NCBI GenBank assembly: GCA_965223345.1
Contig: CBDCWG010000012.1
Coordinates: 2,016,001-2,080,000, forward strand
Direction of reading: 5' to 3'
Length of the DNA: 64,000 nucleotides
DNA from: Nitrospinales bacterium
GTDB taxonomy: Bacteria; Nitrospinota; Nitrospinia; Nitrospinales; VA-1
Shown: positions 59,089 through 64,000 of the stretch, one piece after another
How positions within the stretch are numbered: position 1 is the stretch's first letter
How the letters are laid out: every line of letters begins with the position of its first letter
The notes under the pieces: generated by a model
Told to the model about the DNA's origin: nothing
The model's database searches: none
What the model saw: only the letters and a program-made list of their open reading frames with translations
Program-made: the position numbers and the translations under genes

Positions 59089-60732
59089 GTGGGCGTGCCT
59101 GCTAAAAAACATTCCTTAAAGTTTCGCTTCATGCTGACGGCATCCATCATTCTGGTGCTCACGTTGGGTTTTTACGTGAGCGGCACGCCGTCCCTTCCTG
59201 AAAACATCGCCACCCGGTTCGCACCGGGGGCGTTTCTGGTGACAACAAAAGAAACCGGCCGCGCCGTGGCCATCCTGACCGCCGGCGATGCCTTCTGGGG
59301 ATACCGCATGGCGGGCGTCCCGGATGGACTGGCGGCTCTGGACAACGGCGACGACACGTTCACGCTGTTCATGAACCACGAGCTGGGCGAAACGAAAGGC
59401 CGCGTCCGCAAACACGGCGGCCGCGGGGCGTTCGTTTCCCGCTGGGTGATCACCAAGCCGGGGCATCCGTCCGGGGATTTCCGCATTCTGGCCGGTCAGG
59501 ATCTGATCGAACGGGTGCGGCTCTGGAACCCGGGCCGGGGAATATTCGAATCCGCTGAGAACGAGGCCTTTCACAATTTCTGCTCGGCCAGTTTCATGCC
59601 CGCCGAAAGCCTGCTGTTCGGGGGGCTGGGCACCGGGGAGGCGATTTTTTTCACGGGAGAAGAAAGCGACGCGTATTCGGACCCCCGCTACGGGCGGGCG
59701 TTCGCCGTTGTGGTTTCCGGCGCGGAAGCGGGGGTGGCTTACGAGTTGCCGCGGCTGGGCGACATGGCATTCGAAAACGTGGTGCCGAGTCCTTTCCCGC
59801 AGAAAAAAACGGTGCTCATCGCTCTGGATGATGCGGACGCGAAAACTTCCGACACTCTGGGCGAGCTGTATGTGTACATCGGTGAAAAGACCGGCGAAGG
59901 AAACGCCATCGAAAAGGCCGGTCTCAACAACGGCAGGCTGTTCGGCATTCGGGTGGCAGGGCTGCCTGTCGAGCACGCCCCGCTGGGGATCGCCAAAGGC
60001 GACAGCGCGTCCTTTGAACTGATCGACCTGGGCGACCGTTCCGATGACGACGGCGCTCGCCTGTTTGAGGAGACGCGCGCGGGCAACGCGAGCGGCGTGA
60101 CGAAATTTTTACGGCCCGAGGACGGCCACTGGGATCCGACCGATGCGAACGTGTTTTATTTCACCACGACGGGTGCGCTGTACGATTCCAATGGCAACGA
60201 CTTGCGCGACCGCTACGGCCCGGGCCGGCTGTGGAAGCTGGTTTTCCACGACATCCGCAATCCGCAGAAAGGCGGAACGCTGAAGCGGCTGCTCACCGGT
60301 TGGGAAGGCGTGGTGGGGCCGGACAACATCACCGTGGATCGCAAGGGACGGGTTTACATCCAGGAGGATCCCGGAAACCGGCCGCGGCTGGCGCGTATCT
60401 GGAGGTACGACCCCGGTGCGCCGGAGCCGCTTCACGTGATCGCCGAGCACGATCCCACCTGGTTCGGTATTTTGAGTTCGCACGCACTGACCCACAACGA
60501 AGAAGCGTCGGGCATCATCGACATGGAGGCCATTCTCGGCGAGGGCTGGTTCCTATCGACGGTGCAGGCCCATATCAAGCTGAGCGGAAAAAAGCACAAA
60601 GCCAACCGCAAGCGGATGGGGATCGATGCGAAGACCGCCGATGAAATCGTCGAATCCGGTCAACTGGTGGCGCTTTACATCGAACCGGAAGCGAGCTCCA
60701 TCAAGCCGATTTTTCGGAATAAAGCCGAATAG
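59089..60732 (+). CDS. PhoX-like (DUF839) exported phosphatase / beta-propeller
   Basis: PDG, MNHE, FCS, GEE, FEN, RPEDG, PDN, QED, EASG, VQAH motifs; start uncertain (59089 or 59131). Confidence 0.7.
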   Translation: MGVPAKKHSLKFRFMLTASIILVLTLGFYVSGTPSLPENIATRFAPGAFLVTTKETGRAVAILTAGDAFWGYRMAGVPDGLAALDNGDDTFTLFMNHELGETKGRVRKHGGRGAFVSRWVITKPGHPSGDFRILAGQDLIERVRLWNPGRGIFESAENEAFHNFCSASFMPAESLLFGGLGTGEAIFFTGEESDAYSDPRYGRAFAVVVSGAEAGVAYELPRLGDMAFENVVPSPFPQKKTVLIALDDADAKTSDTLGELYVYIGEKTGEGNAIEKAGLNNGRLFGIRVAGLPVEHAPLGIAKGDSASFELIDLGDRSDDDGARLFEETRAGNASGVTKFLRPEDGHWDPTDANVFYFTTTGALYDSNGNDLRDRYGPGRLWKLVFHDIRNPQKGGTLKRLLTGWEGVVGPDNITVDRKGRVYIQEDPGNRPRLARIWRYDPGAPEPLHVIAEHDPTWFGILSSHALTHNEEASGIIDMEAILGEGWFLSTVQAHIKLSGKKHKANRKRMGIDAKTADEIVESGQLVALYIEPEASSIKPIFRNKAE

Positions 60733-60758
60733 ACGCGTTCGTGCTCACTTCTGCTTGA

Positions 60759-61169
60759 TCATTTTCTGGACTTTTTCTTCTTTTTATCTTTTTTGTCCTT
60801 GTCCTTATTTTTGGAGCTTTTCCTGATCGTTTTTTCTTCCTCTTCTTCGCCTTCCTCTTCCTCGTCGTCTTCTTCGTCCTCATCCACCTCTTCTTCGAGA
60901 ACCGGCTCGGAGGACAGGATGCGGAACTCTTTTTTTTCTTCCTCTTCCAGGGCCAGCCAGGACATCTCCAGCGACAATTTTTCCTTGCCTTTCTTGACCG
61001 CCGCTTCCAGTTCCAGGCCCACATGGCAGCCGGGCTTCAACGTCACAAGATCGTCTCCGTGCTGAATGCAGACGGTGCCGGCTCTCAGGCTTTCCACCAG
61101 GTCTTCGAGAAAATTGATGATCTCATCGCTTTCCATTCTTTCGTTGATCACAACCGATTTTTTTTCCAT
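60759..61169 (-). CDS. Amphi-Trp domain protein (GAK system) with acidic-then-basic tail
   Basis: FLEDLVESLRAG...LELE...K.GKEKLSLEMSW; GGAG RBS. Confidence 0.8.
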   Translation of the reverse strand: MEKKSVVINERMESDEIINFLEDLVESLRAGTVCIQHGDDLVTLKPGCHVGLELEAAVKKGKEKLSLEMSWLALEEEEKKEFRILSSEPVLEEEVDEDEEDDEEEEGEEEEEKTIRKSSKNKDKDKKDKKKKKSRK

Positions 61170-61311
61170 TTCATTTCTCCGCTTGATGATACTTTGCAGC
61201 CGGATTCGCTTGGGCATGCGTATGACCCGTCCGCTTCCTCCCTCGGCATTTACCTGCTCTTTTATGTGAATGACCTGCATTGTATGTAGGGTATGTCAAC
61301 AACTTCGTATT

Positions 61312-62412
61312 TTAGTTCGCCAGCGTGAGCTTCCCGGTTTCCAGCATTTCCAGGCAGGTCTCCGTGACCGACTGAAAGTCCTTGCCTCCCGAGATTTCCA
61401 CGGCGGGGCAGTGTTCGATATGCTTGAGGTAATCCTCCACACCGGGTTCCTGCGTCACCCGGTCGGTTTCCGGCGAATAATACAGCCCCAGCGACTTGAT
61501 GAAAGACTGCAGCAGTTCGGGGCGTTTGCGCAGATCGACGGGCTGGACCTCCGGGGGGCGGTCGGTGCCGGCCCAGTTGAAGACCGCAACCAGATCCAGC
61601 CGGCCTGCAAGCGAAAACCGGCCGGGGCCGAAGCATTCGTCGATGATGGCGTCGTATTTTTCTTCCAGATTCCAGAGCTCATCCGCAGGCAGCTGGGCGT
61701 AGGCCCGTTTCTTTTCCTCGCTCACCAGATTTTTCAGGTGCTCGTTGTGGATGACGGTTCCCGGATTGATTCTCGGGTGCTTGGGAACGCCGCGCATCTG
61801 GATGGCGTCGCCGGTGTTTTTGAGCAGGAGTCGGTCGTTGGAAACGAACGTGGCGCCGCGGCTCATGAAGTGCAGGGACAGGGTGGATTTACCCATGCCC
61901 GAATGACCGGCGATGCACAGGCCCTTGCCTTTCCATTGAATGCCGGCGGCGTGGGCCAGGACGTATCCCTGATCGATGAGCCAGTGCATGTACTGGTTGT
62001 TGATGAAATTGATGACCTGGTTGGAGTAGGTGCGCACCGGCCCCACGGCCAGGTACTCGCCGCTGCCGAACAAAAGGTGCACGCCGGTTTCGCGTTTGCG
62101 GATCAGGCGGCCGTCGGCCAGGTCGGCGTATTCCTCCTTGATCCTCGTCTTGCCCGAATCGGGAAGCCGCTGCGTCAGCTTGAGGTCGAGCTGCGGTTCC
62201 GGGGTTTCCAGCGCCACGAGGGTGATCGTGGGCTGCGATCCCTGAGACGGAAATTCCTTGAAGTAGTTTTTCAGATCGTCGATCAGAGCCAGCGAGTTGC
62301 TGCGCACTGCCACTTCGAATCCGCCGAAGCAGAAATTCTGCCGGTGCGCCGGGTTTTCGCCGTGGGTGAGCTGCGGGCGGATCTGAGCGATATCAAGATT
62401 TTTGTAATTCAT
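61312..62412 (-). CDS. HprK-related kinase B (GAK system)
   Basis: HAAG, Walker A GHSGMGKST, FVSNDR, GVPKHPRINPGT, LEEKYD. Confidence 0.85.
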   Translation of the reverse strand: MNYKNLDIAQIRPQLTHGENPAHRQNFCFGGFEVAVRSNSLALIDDLKNYFKEFPSQGSQPTITLVALETPEPQLDLKLTQRLPDSGKTRIKEEYADLADGRLIRKRETGVHLLFGSGEYLAVGPVRTYSNQVINFINNQYMHWLIDQGYVLAHAAGIQWKGKGLCIAGHSGMGKSTLSLHFMSRGATFVSNDRLLLKNTGDAIQMRGVPKHPRINPGTVIHNEHLKNLVSEEKKRAYAQLPADELWNLEEKYDAIIDECFGPGRFSLAGRLDLVAVFNWAGTDRPPEVQPVDLRKRPELLQSFIKSLGLYYSPETDRVTQEPGVEDYLKHIEHCPAVEISGGKDFQSVTETCLEMLETGKLTLAN

Positions 62413-63298
62413 GGCCCAGTTTTTTCAGGATGTGATCGGCCACCAGCTCGGCGGCATCGATGTTGTGCGCCTCTTTGAGGCCGCGGAACCCGCCGAAGGC
62501 GGAGACTTCAAACACCATCGGCCCTTCTTCGGTGTCCACCAGATCGACGCAGGTGAAATCCAGATTGAAAAGCGCCTGCGCCTGTTGTGCCAGTTGAATC
62601 CATGCGGGATCGGGTTCGTGCGGTTCGTACCTGCCGCCGGAATGGATGGTGGTGTTCCAGGCGGAATCGGCCGCCACCCGGGAATAGGTGGCGAGGTATT
62701 TGCCGCCGAGAAACACCAGGCCGTAGTCGCGGCCGGGAATCGGCAGGAACTTCTGGATGTAAATCACGGGATTTCCCGTCGCTTGAAACGCTTCGAGCGC
62801 TTCGCGGACGCCCTCACCGCTTTCCAGCACTTTCATGCCCCTCGCCTTGGAGCTGTACAAAGGTTTGAGCACGACTTTGCCGAACCGTTTGACGGTGTGT
62901 TCCGCCCGGTCTATGGATTCGGTGATCACGGTGGGCGGCATCGGAATTCCGCCCTGACGCAGCCGGACGGTGCAGGCCAGCCGGTCGAGCAGCGTCTGGA
63001 TGCTCTGCGGAGGGGAAAAGATCATCACGCCCTGATTCTGTAAAAACCAGAGGATTTCCAGGCGATCCAGCAGATGCGGGTTGTACTGCGATCCCAGCTT
63101 TTTGACAAAGATCGCATCCAGAGTGGAAAGATCCGTTCCCTCCAGAAACACGCCGCCGCTCTTTAGATCAAAACAAACCCGGTCCATCTCGATGAGGATC
63201 GGGTGCGGGGTGCGCTGCTTGAGTGCGTGCATCAGGTTGTCGCAGGACCAGTTGTCCGCAACTCCCACCACTCCGATTTTGGGTGTGTTCTCGGTCAT
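62393..63298 (-). CDS. GAK system ATP-grasp enzyme (RimK-like)
   Basis: KIGVVG...WS, LKPLYSSKARGM, WNTTI.SGG, FTCVD, FEVSAFGGFRGL. Confidence 0.85.
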   Translation of the reverse strand: MTENTPKIGVVGVADNWSCDNLMHALKQRTPHPILIEMDRVCFDLKSGGVFLEGTDLSTLDAIFVKKLGSQYNPHLLDRLEILWFLQNQGVMIFSPPQSIQTLLDRLACTVRLRQGGIPMPPTVITESIDRAEHTVKRFGKVVLKPLYSSKARGMKVLESGEGVREALEAFQATGNPVIYIQKFLPIPGRDYGLVFLGGKYLATYSRVAADSAWNTTIHSGGRYEPHEPDPAWIQLAQQAQALFNLDFTCVDLVDTEEGPMVFEVSAFGGFRGLKEAHNIDAAELVADHILKKLGHELQKS

Positions 63299-63300
63299 GA

Positions 63301-63999
63301 TCAGTTGTAGTAAAGAACCGTTTCGGGAAACTTGAAATCGGCGAAGTCCGCGCTTTCGTGATGGACGATTTTTTCCAGCAGGTACACCGCCCGCAGCAGC
63401 ATGGATTCGGCGAAGTCGTCATGAATTTCAAAGCGCGTGGAGGTGAACAGGGAACGCGTCACCCCCAGAGCGAGCCGGGCCTCGAATGTGGGATCCTGAT
63501 TCTTGCGGGCGAAGATTTTGCCGAACTGGAAAAAGTCGGCGATGGTGTGGTTGACCCGCTTGCGGATGGCTTCGTCGAAGATGGGCTGGCGGAAATTGGA
63601 AATCAGAAACACCGAAAGGTCCTGGACGTAATCCTGTTTGCCGGAGCGGTACAGGTCGATGAAGTGGATCTGCTTGGCCTGCCGGTTGTAGATGACGTTG
63701 TCGATGTTGAAATCGCCGTGGATGCGGACCGAGAACGGCGCTTTCAGCTTTTTTTCGATCGCACCCGCTTCATCGAGCAGTTTTTTCAGCGAAGCGGTGC
63801 TCTGGTTGCCGATCTGTTTTTCGAGCAGCTCAAAGCCGGGATGGGCTTTCAGGATGTCCTTGATGCGGGAGTGGATCTGCTTGATGAAATTGGCGGAGGT
63901 TTCTTTTTTGTCCAGCGTCTGGCCCCAGACTTCCAGAAGCGTTTTTTTGGTGGCCGAAAGGGTTTCTTTCAAGCGGTCGGTTTTCGCTGAAAGCAGCAG
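63301..63999 (-). CDS. APH/kinase-like phosphotransferase domain protein (5'-truncated by the window edge; first visible gene of the GAK locus)
   Basis: HGDFNIDN..Y and FIDL kinase motifs; frame stays open to the window end. Confidence 0.7.
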   Translation of the reverse strand: MLLSAKTDRLKETLSATKKTLLEVWGQTLDKKETSANFIKQIHSRIKDILKAHPGFELLEKQIGNQSTASLKKLLDEAGAIEKKLKAPFSVRIHGDFNIDNVIYNRQAKQIHFIDLYRSGKQDYVQDLSVFLISNFRQPIFDEAIRKRVNHTIADFFQFGKIFARKNQDPTFEARLALGVTRSLFTSTRFEIHDDFAESMLLRAVYLLEKIVHHESADFADFKFPETVLYYN

Positions 64000-64000
64000 C

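Overview
A 64-kb bacterial chromosomal window of roughly 55-60% GC (by eye) from a Gram-negative organism; gene content and style suggest Nitrospina/Nitrospinota or a deltaproteobacterium-like lineage (inference, not verified). About 49 CDS; I recognised no rRNA, tRNA, CRISPR array or transposase. Blocks: (1) 0.3-18.2 kb is a lipid/envelope region with a fatty-acid-hydroxylase-type enzyme, a DEGS/DES1-like sphingolipid desaturase, an exported START lipid-binding protein, a PIG-A-like GT4, a flippase-like protein, a deacetylase, two GT-C-like membrane proteins, an LTA-synthase/sulfatase and a lone lptF. Together these suggest an undescribed glyco(sphingo)lipid pathway, and a TetR/SDR/DUF5069 unit is embedded in it. 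(2) 18.8-31.6 kb holds mscS, a sigma54-type membrane protein + vWA lipoprotein operon, nhaA, pentapeptide-repeat proteins, an outer-membrane beta-barrel, dienelactone hydrolase, DUF932 and a low-GC ORFan. (3) A czcCBA-type heavy-metal efflux operon. (4) 38.8-57.3 kb is a signalling island: a soluble 3xPAS chemoreceptor fused to a C-terminal group-I truncated haemoglobin, a CHASE/PAS/GAF kinase with NarL-type regulator, and a CHASE2 nucleotide cyclase with atypical specificity residues, flanked by two paralogous cNMP-PAS effectors and followed by FecR and TPR-barrel genes. (5) PMM/PGM, a PhoX-like phosphatase and the 3' end of a GAK (ATP-grasp / amphi-Trp / HprK-related kinase) locus. All functional calls come from motif recognition by eye; no database searches were run.
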